DNA of 64,000 nucleotides from Octopus sinensis (Eukaryota): assembly GCF_006345805.1 (NCBI RefSeq), contig NW_021835966.1, forward strand, positions 1 through 64,000. The letters run 5' to 3'. Below the pieces are notes generated by a model that worked only from the letters and a program-made list of their open reading frames with translations, had not been told where the DNA came from and ran no database searches. The translations under genes were made by a program, and so were the position numbers. This document shows, piece by piece, positions 1 to 12,732 of this stretch (position 1 is the stretch's first letter; the number at the start of each line of letters is the position of its first letter).

Positions 1-94
1 ACTCATGATATCATTTCATTTGGATACTCAAAAAGATATGCTAGTTGCAGTAATTATTTCACATTATCAGCTTCAGTGGTAAGTGAATTAATAG

Positions 95-875
95 GGCGGC
101 GAGCTGGCAGAAACGTTAGCACACTGGGCGAAACGCTTTGCGGTATTTCGTCTGCCGCTATGTTCTGAGTTAAAATTCCGTCGAGGTCGACTTTGCCTTT
201 CATCCTTTCGGGGTCGATAAATTAAGTACCAGTTACGCACTGCGGTCGATGTAATCGACTTCATCCGTTTGTTGTCCTTGTTTGTCCTCTCTGTGTTTAG
301 CCCCTTGTGGGTAGTAAAGAAATAAGTATTTCGTCTGCCGTTACGTTCTGATTTCAAATTCCGCCGAGGTCGACTTTGCCTTTCATCGTTTCGTGGTCGA
401 TAAATTAAGTACCAGTTACGCACTGGGGTCGATATAATCGACTTAATCCGTTTGTCTGTCCTTTTTTGTCCTCTCTGTGTTTAGCACCTTGTGGGTAGTA
501 AAGAAATAAGTATTTCGTCTGCAGTTACGTTCTGAGTTCAAATTCCGTCGAGGTCGACTTTGCCTTTCATCCTTTCGGGGTCGATAAATTAAGTACCAGT
601 TACGCACTGAGGTCGATGTAATCTACTTAATCCGTTTGTTTGCCCTTGTTTGTCCTCTCTGTGTTTAGCCCCTTGTGGGTAGTAAAGAAATAAGTATTTC
701 GTCTGCCGTTACGTTCTGATTTCAAATTCTGCCGAGGTCGACTTTGCCTTTCATCGTTTCGGGGTCGATTAAATAAGTACCAGTTACGCACTGGGGTCAA
801 TGTAATCGACTTAATCCGTTTGTCTGTCCTTGTTTGTCCTCTCTGTGTTTAGCCCCTTGTGTGTAGTAAAGAAAT
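95..875 (+). mobile_element. SINE family A, tandem array of one full unit plus three head-truncated units (period 183-184 bp)
   Basis: Pol III A-box-like TGGCAGAAACGTTAG and B-box-like GAGTTCAAATTCC; core GTCGACTTTGCCTTTCATCCTTTCGGGGTCGATAAATTAAGTACCAG; units restart at GTATTTCGTCTG at 143, 326, 510, 694. Confidence 0.9.
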
Positions 876-1399
876 ATATATTAGTGTGCGTGTGTGTGTG
901 TATGCGTCTGTGCGTCTGTGTGTTTCTCGAAACGTTTCCGTATATCTATTTGTTTTACCAATACATTTTACACTCAAAGTTATGTAGTACAAATGTTTGT
1001 ATGTCTACAAGTCTGAAAAATATTCATGAATTGTCCCCTCTGTGTGTAGCCCCTTGTGGGTCGTAAAGAAATAGAAACTACAGGTAAGGGAAATACATCC
1101 ATATCTAGCAATGAATATGAATATAATGCAGTTTTTTTAAATAGACATTGTATTCTTACAATTTTATAATTTCTCATTCTCCTTGAGAAATACCGTGATA
1201 TTTGAAAACACTTTTGAATATATAACATTGCCAAGAACGGAAACCTCTTCAACACAGTCAATTCTCATCCTAATGTACACATTTTTATATCACTCAGGTA
1301 ACGCGGAGAGAGAGAGAGAGAGAGAAAGAGACGGTAAAAGAGAGAAAGACAGAGGAAAATAGCGAGAAAGGGAATTTTAACAATGATGTTCTTCAAATT

Positions 1400-2230
1400 G
1401 AAACTCTCCTTCTCTTACTCTCTGTCTCACCCACTTCCATAATAAACACCAGTACGGCTTCCGTAGAATTAGATACACGAGAGACCAACGATCTAATGAC
1501 ATTCATCACTTGAATCTCGCTTTCAAGTATTTCGTAAAACCGTGTAGCTATTATAGACATCAATAAATCAACTGGCCGTGACTAACATGCGAATCTTCTA
1601 TCGTCTCTTACCGACTACTTGTTCCACCCATCTCTCATCTCTCATTTCTCATCACTTGGACAGGTAGCTTTCTATGAGAATGCAGCATCACATAACGTTT
1701 AGACGGAGCTCCTTCAAGTTCTCCACTCAATCAACTTCCGTGTTGACCCGACCTCGTTTTTTTTTCTTGCCATACTCTCTTCCTTTTCTACGTCAATAAT
1801 CTACTGGTTACATCCGACAATACCTACTTATATATATACATGATACAACAATACTTTCTTCTTTAGACTTTTCTAGTGCTTCGTCATCTGCACGCAATGT
1901 AGACAACACACATCAAACCTACACTAATTCTACGAAAGGAGACCTCGGGAGTAGCATCTAGTGAGTTCATGTACATCTTGACTTTTAGCACATCCACGAG
2001 CGGGCGACAAAAAAGATTGTTCTTGAATCACACACTTGTACGTTCCAGCTTCTGACCCAGGGGCATACTCTTTCTAAGGCGCTTTTCTTTTAATCACTAC
2101 TATATGTTCTTGTTCGTTGGAAGTGGCTGGTCTTCTATCTTCTTCACTCACAAGTTTTTTCCCCTGTAGTTACTTTTGCGCCCAACTCACAAAGCATCAA
2201 ATACTCAACGGCTTCTTCCGTTCCATTTAT
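1400..2230 (+). pseudogene. Heavily decayed Penelope-like element ORF (RT C-terminal part to GIY-YIG endonuclease)
   Basis: Broken-frame peptides VAIIDIN, IFYRLTD(Y) resemble the PLE RT xFLDI/IFYKxTD motifs; ICTQCRQH...RRPRE*HL resembles the GIY-YIG CxxC...RxREHL segment; a pLTR-like segment follows. Confidence 0.5.
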
Positions 2231-2309
2231 TTGCATATATCTATCTATATATATATATATATATGCACACACACATATCAGTATTTATGTATCTCTCTCT
2301 CTCTCGCCT

Positions 2310-2830
2310 TGCCGTCGTTCACCCGCGACGTCACTTCCGCTGCTGTCTCTTTCGCTTGGCTCTTTCTAAGCAATGGACGTCACTCTTTTTCCTTCTCGTC
2401 GTCCCCAAAAATTCTGCGTTTCTAATACTTTTTTTCGTTCGGCGTCAACAGCACTTCTTATCTTGTTTTTCCTTGTCCTGTCTTCTATTGTTTACAATTT
2501 GCACTGTCATTACTGTCCTGTTGTTACTATTTTTCCCCTCTGCGAAAAGATCTCAGAATTTTAATTGATTTGCTTTTCGCAGGAAGGAAATGTTTCTTGT
2601 CGAAGATATGTCTCGCTTTTATCCTTCGAAACGTAGAGTAGATGAAAGCTTTAGCGACTGAAGAAGGGGTTTTTTCTTTGTGTTAATTGTCCTGTATTCT
2701 ATATTATTTTTTTGTTGTTTTTAAATATATGTCCAGTTCCTTTGGTTTGTGTCTGTTTTCGTTTCTCATTGTGTTCGACGTCCTTTTGCTGTCCTGTACT
2801 CACATATATGCGTGTATATGTACATGTAGA
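2310..2830 (+). mobile_element. PLE pseudo-LTR-like segment with decayed hammerhead-like motif
   Basis: Pyrimidine-rich cassette with TTGTCGAAG...CCTTCGAAACGTAGAG (~2597-2637), directly downstream of the PLE-like ORF and ending in (TA)n. Confidence 0.5.
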
Positions 2831-2944
2831 GGTAGGTAGTACATATATGTTTATATATATGCATATGTTTTAATTTATTTATTAATATATATATATATAT
2901 AATAATATATATATATTATATATATTATATATATATAGATATAT

Positions 2945-2976
<32 letters not shown>

Positions 2977-2979
<3 letters not shown>

Positions 2980-3154
2980 TTTTTAATATGCTGGTAATTG
3001 ATAAATTTTTTTCAAAAAATTGTATCCTATATTAGATGTATATATGTATATATATATATATTATATATATATATATATATATACATATATACATCTAATA
3101 TAGGATACAATTTTTTGAAAAAAATTTTATCAATTACCAGCATATTAAAAAATA
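2977..3154. repeat. Perfect inverted duplication (~75 bp arms) centred on (TA)n
   Basis: TATTTTTTAATATGCTGGTAATTG...CCTATATTAGATGTATATATG and its exact reverse complement ending CAATTACCAGCATATTAAAAAATA. Confidence 0.9.
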
Positions 3155-3733
3155 CCTTTAAAGGTTAAATTTATAAACAACTTATAAACAAGAGCAAAAG
3201 AAAAAAGGGCAAAAGAAAAAAAGAGCAAAATAGCATTAGGGATTTTTTTCTCTTGCCCTTGTTTATAAGTTATATATATATATATTGGCTTTCAGTTGTG
3301 TGTGTATATATATATTGGCTTTCATTGAATTATACAGGCACACAAAATGTAATTATTGTTATTTTCATCATTCCGCTTTTCTAATAGAAATTTTGATATC
3401 GAGTCCGATTTTGGTTTCCCACACATTCCATTAATTAGATGAATGACAAACAACTAACATTATATTAATCGTTAGAACACCGCTTCAGTTAATCCGCTTT
3501 TACGATCTGTGTTCGAATTCTACCGAGGTTGATTCTGATTTCATCCAATCGTGGTCAATAAAATAAGGACCTGCTGACGCAATCGAGATATCCAGTCCTT
3601 GAACGTGATGGTCTCCTGTCGAAATTTGAAACCAATATTGTCTTTGAAGACTACATAGTACAGTCATGTACAATGTTGATAATATTTATTTACATATAGA
3701 TTTGGTACATGTGTACGTGCTTATTTGTTATAA

Positions 3734-4143
3734 GGCGCAGGAGTGGTTATGTGGTAAGTAGCTTGCTTACCAACCACATGGTTCCGGGTTCAGTCCCACT
3801 GCGTGGCACCTTGGGCAAGTGTCTTCTACTATAGCCTCGGGCCGACCAAAGCCTTGTCAGGGGATTTTGTAGACGGAAACTGAAAGAAGCCCGTCGCGTA
3901 TATGTATATATGTGTGTGTGTGTGTTTGTGTCTGTGTTTGTCTCCCCAACATCGCTTGACAACCGATGCTGGTGTGTTTACGTCCCGTAACCTAACGATA
4001 GAATGACCTAGCGAGACTGATAGAATAAGTACTAGGCTTACAAAGAATAAGACCTGGGGTCGATTTGCTCGACAAAAGGCGCTGCTCCAGCATGACTGCA
4101 GTCAAATGATTGAAACAAGTAAAAGAGTAAAAGAGTAAAGAGT
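3734..4143 (+). mobile_element. SINE family B (tRNA-like head, internal (TA)n(TG)n, tail ending (GTAAAAGA)n)
   Basis: Head GGCGCAGGAGTGGxTxTGTGGTAAG...GGTTCAGTCCC, then ACCTTGGGCAAGTGTC; tail GCTCCAGCATG...CTGAAACAAGTAAAAGAG; about 15 homologous copies in the window. Confidence 0.9.
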
Positions 4144-4344
4144 ATAAACGCACGCATAGTCATGGGGAGAGAAAGAGTGAAAGGGAAGGACTGTATATGC
4201 CCAGCAGCAATGAAGAAATGTGATAAATATCACTTATTCGTAAATGTGATATCCACTCTTACGATACAAAATTCATGAGCAGTCTATCATCACGTCTTCA
4301 TTGCCTCAGTAATAGTAACCTCAGTTTCCTAGGTCTCTTTTGGT

Positions 4345-4727
4345 GGAGGCGCAATGGCCCAGTGGTTAGGGCAGTGGACTCGCGGTCATAGGATCGCGGT
4401 TTCGATTCCCAGACCGGGCGTTGTGAGTGTTTATTGAGCGAAAACACCTAAAAGCTCCACGAGGCTCCGGCAGGGGATGGTGGTGATCCATGCTGTACTC
4501 TTTCACCACAACTTTCTCTCACTCTTACTTCCCGTTTCTGTTGTACCTGTATTTCAAAGGGCCGGCCTTGTCACTCTCTGTGTCACGCTGAATATCCCCG
4601 AGAACTACGTTATGGGTACACGTGTCTCTGGAGTGCTCAGCCACTTACACGTTAATTTCGCGAGCAAGCTGTTCCGTTGATTCGGATCAACCGGAACCCT
4701 CGTCGTCGTAACCGACGGAGTGCTTCC
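4345..4727 (+). mobile_element. SINE family C with tail type 1
   Basis: A box TGGCCCAGTGG, B box GGTTTCGATTCCC; tail ends GGAACCCTCGTCGTCGTAACCGACGGAGTGC; candidate 9-bp TSD TCTCTTTTG at 4334-4342 and 4736-4744. Confidence 0.85.
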
Positions 4728-5807
4728 ATTCCAGCTCTCTTTTGAAACGGAAAACTGAAATTTTAAAAGAGATGTGTAGATTCATTTGAAGGTGTTTGTA
4801 GGTATGCCAAGGCTTTTACCTCGTGATTTTCATCTGAAATTTTTATTCTTTGATGCATTTTTGAATTGAGTTCTTATATTAGACTTTTAAAAAGAAACTT
4901 TCAGCACTCAATTTTACAAATGTTTTTGAGAGAAATTGAATTGAAATACTTTTTTTTGTTATGTTCGTAACAAATATTAACTACGAAGAATTGATAAAAA
5001 TATTTTCTTCGGAATAAATGTTAAAATTGATTGAAAACTGTTTATTCCAATGGTATATTATCACCTCGTGAGGTCATTTTATTTTGTCATAAAGTTCTCA
5101 GATAACTTAACATTTTCACCGTTATAGAAAGATTTGGGCGAATGCCCATTGCATTACCATTAATATAGTAACAACTTAAGATCTTCATAAAAATTCCGTT
5201 GGTTATCGTTGTATTGAATGGTATTAACAATACTTTATATGTTAACATAAGATACACTGAAATAATCAGAGATAGTGATGGATGGCGATATATGGTTTTA
5301 AAGTTCCATTATGCACTAAAAAGCTTTCCAACAAACCTTAGAGTGATGTATTTATAAATTCCCCATTCTCTCATAATATATTTCTCAGATAAACTTGCAA
5401 TATAGCCATTAATGTGAGGATGTCAACAACAAAGTGAATTCGATTCCAAACAGTTTAAATTTAGCTTTCAACAGAAATTTTCTTCTTGCGAGTGTATTTC
5501 TTTCAACGGCGAGAAACTTTACTTAATCGTTTGAAGATTAAGATCACTCAAACTCTCATATGTGAAGAGGGAATTGAAGAAGCTCTATCAGTAATCGTAA
5601 CTCCATCTTTAATAAAGTTATGCCCGTCATATGGAGAACTAATAGCAGACACTGGTTCAGCGCCCAAGACATCTCTCATTTTTTTTTCAAGACAATTTTT
5701 TAAAGAAAATACAAAGACGTCTACAATGTCATTTTACTACTACTGTTGGTATTGAAAATAGAAGAGAGATTTTTTTTTCTTCAGCCAATCATGCTACATG
5801 ACCATAT

Positions 5808-6256
5808 ATATTTCTTTACTGCCCACAAGGGGCTAAGCATAGAGGGGACGAACAAAGACAGACAAACAGATTAAGTCGATTACATCGACCTCAGTGCGAA
5901 ACTGGTACTTTATTTATCGACCCCGAAAAGATGAAAGCCAAAGTTGGCCTCGGCGGAATTTGAACTCAGAACGTAACGGCAGACAAAATACGGCTACGCA
6001 TTTCGCCCGGCGTGCTAACGTTTCTTATTTCTTTATTGCCCACAAGGGGCTAAACATAGATGGGACAAACAAGGACAGACAAAGGGATTAAGTCGATTAT
6101 ATCGACTCCAGTGCGAAACTGGTACATTATTTATCGACCCCGAAAGGATGAAAGGCAAAGTCGGCCTCAGCAGAATTTGAACTCAGAACGTAACGGCAGA
6201 CGAAATACGGCTACGCATTTCACCCGGCGTGCTAACGTTTCTGCCAGCTCACCGCT
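5808..6256 (-). mobile_element. SINE family A, tandem dimer
   Basis: Two reverse-complement family A units joined near 6026. Confidence 0.9.
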
Positions 6257-6354
6257 TCTACTTGACCATATAATACACATCTAATGATATGTCCATTGCT
6301 TCTCTTGGTGTAGTACTAATCAAAATATAATTTGCACAACATCTTTAGATCTGA

Positions 6355-6836
6355 CGTTGTTGTCTTCTTCCAATCAGGACTCGCGCCAGTAGCCACAAAG
6401 AATAATATCTAATTCGAGCCTACTCTAAGCTACTAAGAATGCGTGCGGCAACTTGGAGATCCACCCACCACACACGATAGACTGGCGGTTGCACGGGCGC
6501 GAAAGCTACGTTGTTATCCTCAGTCCGTAAATGGTGGCTTTTTAACGGGTGGAGAGCTGAACCATCCTGGGGTACAGAGGATTCGCAATCTAGACTAGGG
6601 TCTGAAAGTTTACCACACCATAGTGGGTTACACCATGGTTCCTCTGCTTTGTGGTAGATGTAAGAAGAAAGAGTGAGAGAAAGTTGTGGTGAAAGAGTAC
6701 AGCGGGGTTCCAATATCACCGAGTCCAGCTTAGGTGTTTTTGCTCAATAAACACTCACAATGCCCGGTCTGGGAATCGAGACCGCGTTCTTACGACCGCG
6801 AGTCCGTTGCCCTAACCACTGGGCCATTGCGCCTCC
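6355..6836 (-). mobile_element. SINE family C with tail type 2
   Basis: Same head as 4345; a different ~300 bp tail ending GAGTCCTGATTGGAAGAAGACAACAAC, shared with 26138-26627. Confidence 0.85.
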
Positions 6837-7695
6837 ACTGTCACTGTCGTGCTATATTTGTGGAGCTATCAAAATCACTGTAAAAATGTTTGAATAGTTT
6901 TTACTGTCCCAAGGCATGTTGATAATTAAATTATTATATATTGTAATTTTAAATAAATAAATGTTAAGGAAGAAGTCTTTAACAAACGTTAGTCACATTT
7001 TAATAATTCTCCAGGATTCTTTAGCGGTGGACATATAATCATTACGTCATATGCTAACCATTCTCCGAAGTATTTAATCATCTCCACTCCCGATCTAAAT
7101 CCATTTCATTTTACTTCACTCGTTTGATCGATGGCTACCGATATTCAGTTATTGATAGTGAGTAAATCAATTATGCATATCGGAATCCTTTTATATCAAA
7201 ATTCGAAATATTATATCCAATATTATATGGGAATTACGTGAAGCGAACACTTTCCCTCTAGCTTTTTAATTATTTCTTTGATCTCCAGTGCACATTACAT
7301 GGGTATTTAGTGCTTCTAACATGAATTTTTCAGTGTACAAGGGTCATATCTTTGTATTAGTTTTATTCTTAATACAAATAGCATAATTGTGATACTCCAC
7401 GCGTAACTGCTCTATTATATCATATTTAAATTATCATTTTTAATCGTCTTCAACTAAATAATATTCCTTAGATGTAAGCACAGCTACCTTTCTTGTGCTA
7501 TGGCAAATTTCTTCCACAATCCTCCATCAAACACAAAACGATTGTGATTATTATTTCATTAACATACGAATTCTACACCAAAAACATCCATCTGTGCAAT
7601 CATATTGCAATTTTGTTTAAATACTGCAGCGGTTTTGTATTGTAAAGTAATCTGAGTTGACTTCTTATCTCTATTTATTTGACCATGATTAGCGT

Positions 7696-7876
7696 AGGCG
7701 TAGGAGTGGCTGTGTGGTAAGTAGATTGCTTACGAACCACGTGGTTCCAGGTTCACTCCCACTGCGTGGCACCTTGGGCAAGTGTCTTCTACTATAGCCT
7801 CGGGCCGACCAAAGCCTTGTGAGTGGATTTGGTAGACGGAAATTGAAAGAAGTCCGTCGTATATATGTATATATAC

Positions 7877-7923
<47 letters not shown>

Positions 7924-8121
7924 TGTGTATGTTGTGTACATGTGTTTGTCCCAATGCTGGTGTGCTTACGTCCCTGTAACTTAGCGGTTCGGCAAAAGAG
8001 ACAGACAGAATAAGTACTAGGCTTACAAAGAATAAGTCCTGGGGTCGATTTGCTCGACTAAAGGCGGTGCTCCAGCATGGCCACAGTCATATGACTGAAA
8101 CAAGTAAAAGGGTAAAAGAGT
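7696..8121 (+). mobile_element. SINE family B, full length
   Basis: Homologous to 3734-4143; internal (TA)n(TG)n. Confidence 0.9.
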
Positions 8122-8829
8122 ATGGTACTTTTCAATTAAAAGTTTAGTAGACTGTCATAATCGATCCCGCGTCGGGTAAAATGTCTAACCGTATTTCATG
8201 CGATAGTTTGCATTCTGTGTTTGAATATCACCGAGTCCAAATTTTACCCCCGGAGTTGACAAAACTGCTACACACGTCAGTTCCTTAGGCTCAAATCTGA
8301 GACCACTTAGTATCCATGTGAGTAATCAATACTTGCCAACTACAAAATGTATTTATATATAAACGGCAAAATCCACAATTTTTCAGTTAGAGGGCTCGCA
8401 TTTTATATGGTCATTCAGAACCGTTCAAGGGTGGTCGTGCACATGTTTACAGTCACCCCGCAAATCTATTGAAAATCAATAGAAGTGACTTTTTTGTGAA
8501 TTTTCTAACCCAAACCCAATCAAAATGCCCGAAACTTGATACGCCAATTGACTGCCAATTAGCTGCATGTGATTGGTCGGAGATTTGGACAGTACTCGCG
8601 TGTATGTGCGCACGCACACACGCAGCTGTATATGCATGCACTAGCACTATGACCCGTGTATATAAATACACTATAGTGTATTTATATAATACTAGCAAAA
8701 TGTATTTACGTAATACGTTGAGTATTTGGTGTATATGACATTTAAACTTTCCGGGCTAGATGAATTATATTGCCGATAATCTCTGGGATTTGGGAGACAA
8801 AAACTGTGAAATTTATTCCTGAATATATA

Positions 8830-8995
8830 TATATACCGGAGTAAGCACATAAATGTGGGGGGAAAAGAGTACTCGAATACCAGAGGTAGAGTAATATGCT
8901 TTATTGAAAAGCAGCCGAAATATAACAAAAGCTGTTACTTAGATTTTCACGTTCCCATTCGTTGGACAGTTTTGTTAAAATACAACAGAAATTTC
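8830..8995 (-). mobile_element. Possible PLE pLTR-like cassette (decayed)
   Basis: Starts at (TA)n; minus strand has GTCCAACGAATGGGAACGTGAAAATC with hammerhead-like spacing but a broken core. Confidence 0.3.
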
Positions 8996-9083
8996 GTTAT
9001 TTCCGAACTTCAATATCATCATTTAATTTAATGGCGTATTACTAGGAGCATACCCAACACTTAGATATATAAATATTAATTTA

Positions 9084-9190
<107 letters not shown>

Positions 9191-9194
9191 CACA

Positions 9195-9602
9195 CTTTAC
9201 TCTTTACTCTTTTACTTGTTTCAGTCATTTGACTGCGGCCATGCTGGAGCACCGCCTTTAATCGAGCAACTCGACCCCGGGACTTATTCTTTGTATGCCA
9301 AGTACTTATTCTATCGGTCTCTTTTGCCGAACCGCTAAGTTACGGGGACATAAACACACCAGCATCGGTTGTCAAGCAATGCTTGGGGGACAAACACAGA
9401 CACCCAAACATACACGCATATATATATATATATATATATATACAGGATGGGCTTCTTTCCGTTTCCGTCTACCAAATCCACTCACAAGGCTTTGCTCGGC
9501 CCGAGGCTATAGTAGAAGACACTTGCCCGAGGTGCCACGCAGTGGGACTGAACCCGGAACCATGTGGTTGGTAAACAAGCTACTTACCACGCAGCCACTC
9601 CT
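9195..9602 (-). mobile_element. SINE family B, full length
   Basis: Reverse complement of the family B consensus. Confidence 0.9.
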
Positions 9603-9952
9603 ATATATATATATCAACTTTTCATTTTGTAAGTCGTCCAAGTGTGCTCTGTACCAGTGTGAACTATGAACAATAATCAATCTCCTCAAATGCGATTCAG
9701 CAATCTGGCATCCTGAAAAAGACAAAGATGGTTGTGTATTCCATATGTCGTCTCTACTCCTTGTTCTACACTCAAAATGCCATGAGGATTCCTAAGGTCG
9801 AACCAGTGACAATTGTGTAATTAATGTGGATCATGCGAACAGATCCAACACAATTTATCTATATCTTTATCTATATCCATATCTCTCTCTCTCCCCCCTC
9901 TCTCTCTCTCTCTCTATCTCTCTCTATCTATCTCGATATATATATATATATG

Positions 9953-10160
9953 TAGTTAATCCAAACCAAACATGAAAACACAAAGAGAAAACACAACAAC
10001 GCGAGGACGTGGAACAAATATAGTGTTATTGGACGCTCAGGAAAGGAAGGAAAGAAGGAGGATTTAACGATTCGAGCGGAGCTCTTCGTCGGAAACATAG
10101 CAAAGATCCAAGGAAGGGAAGACAGAAGAAAAAATCCCCAACGGTACACACGCGGTCACA
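9953..10160 (-). mobile_element. PLE pLTR-like cassette (family P1) with hammerhead-like motif at 10062-10096
   Basis: Homologous to 37818-38030 and 50515-50720; minus strand GTTT-CCGACGA-A-GAGC-TCC-GCTC-GAAT-CGT-T-AAAT; flanked by (TA)n. Confidence 0.7.
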
Positions 10161-10176
10161 TATATGTATATCTATA

Positions 10177-10237
<61 letters not shown>

Positions 10238-10294
10238 CATATATACACACACACACATATATATATTTGTTCATGTGTGTGTATTTATGTGTGT

Positions 10295-10485
10295 ATGTTT
10301 GTGCGTCTGTGTCCCAGCAACATCGCTTGATAACCGATGCTGGTGTATTTACGACCCGTAACTTAGTGGTTCGGCAAAAAGATTCCCATAGAAGAAGTTC
10401 TGGGGTCGATTTGCTCGACTAAATGCGTTACTCCAGCATGGTCGCAGTCTAATGACTGAAACAAGTAAAATAATAAAAGAATAAA
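10295..10485 (+). mobile_element. SINE family B, 3' half only
   Basis: CATCGCTTGATAACCGATGCTGG...CTCCAGCATGGTCGCAGTC tail after a microsatellite. Confidence 0.8.
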
Positions 10486-10881
10486 TATCTATCTATCTCT
10501 ATATGTATATATATATATATATGAATAAATACATATATGAATATGTATTTTTATATATATATATATATACTTAGGTATACTCAGGTATATATATATGGCT
10601 TGATTGACAGTCGCAGATGATGATGTGATGATGATGATGATGAGGAGGAGGAGGAGGAGGAGGAGGAGCATTGTAATGATGGTGGTTGAAGTGATCGTGC
10701 TCTTGGTACCGGTTGCGATGGTGACAAGGATACAGAGTTCATGTTTACGCCTTTGCTAATGTAAATGGACAATGGAAGTAATTATGTACAAAAGAAAATG
10801 TCGAGGCTACGTAGACACACACATACACACACACACACGTACACAATATATAATATGCACACATACACTAACACATGTATA

Positions 10882-10953
<72 letters not shown>

Positions 10954-11029
10954 GGAGGGGTTCTGTTTGTGCATCAGATGTACGCACGTGTTCATATCCT
11001 TATAATACATAAATACTCTTCTCTTGTTT

Positions 11030-11050
11030 CTTCTTTCTTTCTTTCTTTCT

Positions 11051-11093
<43 letters not shown>

Positions 11094-11095
11094 CA
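11030..11095. repeat. (TTTC)n microsatellite
   Basis: Direct reading. Confidence 0.95.
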
Positions 11096-11947
11096 CTCTT
11101 CCTTTCTACTTCGCAAACACATGTACACATGCAAATACATGCATATGAATGTTAACCTTCCCACCACCACCACCACCACCACCACAACCTTTAATATGAA
11201 TATTATTATTATCATCATCATTATCATAATGTATGTTAATTATTGTATTATTCAACCACCAGCTGCAGAGGTTGTTGCTGTCTTTGTTTTGGTGTTTGTG
11301 TTAAAAGTTTTGTTATAACCAACATCAGAAGCAACTACGCTAACAGCAGTCGCCGAACCTACAGAATAAATGTATAGAGTATATATATGTCGTAGCCATT
11401 AATGGCTATTATGTTTAATTGCGAACAAAAGTCATCATTTTGTAATGCATCCACCGTAATTTACCCGTATGCTCAATAGCTGATACAGTTCGCATGTCAT
11501 TTTGCCGGCATTCTTTCTGCTTCTTTACCTTACTCACATATGTAATATATATATTTCGTCATGTAACGGTAATGCATGCGGATACAGGCGTATCCGTCTC
11601 TGCTGTATTTATTACAGATTCAGTTTGGATTTGAGATAAAATGCTTCATAAAATCTTTCGCAATGAAACGACTGTAAATAGCTTCGTTTAAGTTTCTCTC
11701 TCTCTCTCTCCCACTTTGTCACTGTCTTGTAGTCTCACTATCTGTTCCCTTTTCTCTCTGCCATATTTATAACTTTATAAATGCTTACACACACACTCAC
11801 ACAGATATACACACACACATATATATATATATATGCATTAATATGCAAATGTAGATGAGTATGCATGTATATGTATGTATATAAGTATGTAAGTATGTAT
11901 GTATGTATGAACGGATGTATGTAAATATGTATGTATGCATGCATGTA

Positions 11948-12732
11948 TGAATGTCATTATTCAGTATTATTTCAAGATTTCTTGCCAATAGAGAAAGAGC
12001 CGGTTTCTAACTTCGATCCAAGCTTCCTTCATTGGAATTTCAAAATCAACAACAGGATATTTTTGTATGTATGTATGTATGTATGTATGTTAAGGCTTTT
12101 GATATGCAGGACACTGACTGGGAGAACAATGCCTGTCATCGCCACAGATGGAGGAAGCAGGTTAAGGAGGGGATCGACACTTTCGAGAGAGCACGTATCC
12201 AGCATGAAGAACTTAAGCGAGCTGCGCGAACGCACACGGCTCGTATAGTGAATGGGGAAAGCTTGGTCTGCAATGTTTGCAGTCGTGTATGCTTGTCAAG
12301 AGCAGGGCTCATTGGCCACAAACGGAGCCGCAAATGCAAAATATAAGTTAATCCTAGAGCGCACAATGTTCCTGAAGGTCGGCAATGGTCTTCCTCGGTC
12401 ACGAGTGGACGGCCATCATGTACGTATGTATGTATGTATGTATGTATGTATGTATGTATGTATGTATGTATGTATGTATGTATGTATGTATGTATGTATG
12501 TATGTATGTATGTATGAATGTATGTATGTATGTATGTATGTATGTGCAGATTTGTATCTTTCATGTATGTATTCTCATGCATGTAGTTGCATAGCTAGAC
12601 ATGCTCATATATACTTAATGTATGTATGTCATTGTCCAGTTTTATTTCAAGATTACTTGCCAATAGAGAAAGAGCCGGTTTCTAACTTAGATCCAAGTCT
12701 CCTTCATTGGAATTTCAACATCGACAACAGGG
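11948..12732 (+). repeat. Direct repeat of ~110 bp (11948-12058 and 12625-12732) bracketing an RTE fragment
   Basis: TTTCAAGATTxCTTGCCAATAGAGAAAGAGCCGGTTTCTAACTTxGATCCAAG...CAACAGG present twice. Confidence 0.85.
12091..12545 (+). mobile_element. 5'-truncated RTE-clade LINE 3' end: ORF C-terminus with zinc finger, 3' UTR and (TATG)n tail
   Basis: ORF 12032-12346: WENNACHRHRWRKQVKEGIDTFE...KR...CNVCSRVCLSRAGLIGH matches the RTE C-terminal W..A..R..WR and CxxC..H motifs; (TATG)n at 12418-12545. Confidence 0.8.

Noticed and set aside
95-875. Regularly spaced repeats reminiscent of a CRISPR array
   Set aside because: Whole 184-bp units are repeated with no unique spacers; eukaryotic context and no cas genes.
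4345-4420. tRNA-like sequence with A and B boxes (also other SINE heads)
   Set aside because: No acceptor stem closure or proper cloverleaf, and it continues into a SINE body; these are SINE heads, not tRNA genes.
5486-5755. 89-aa ORF in non-repetitive sequence (also 13085-13489, 32968-33321, 59178-59420)
   Set aside because: No recognisable domain, AT-rich codon use like background, and no convincing splice context.
10601-10610. TGATTGACAG, a perfect PBX-MEIS/PREP decamer
   Set aside because: A single 10-mer between microsatellites with no gene or conservation context.
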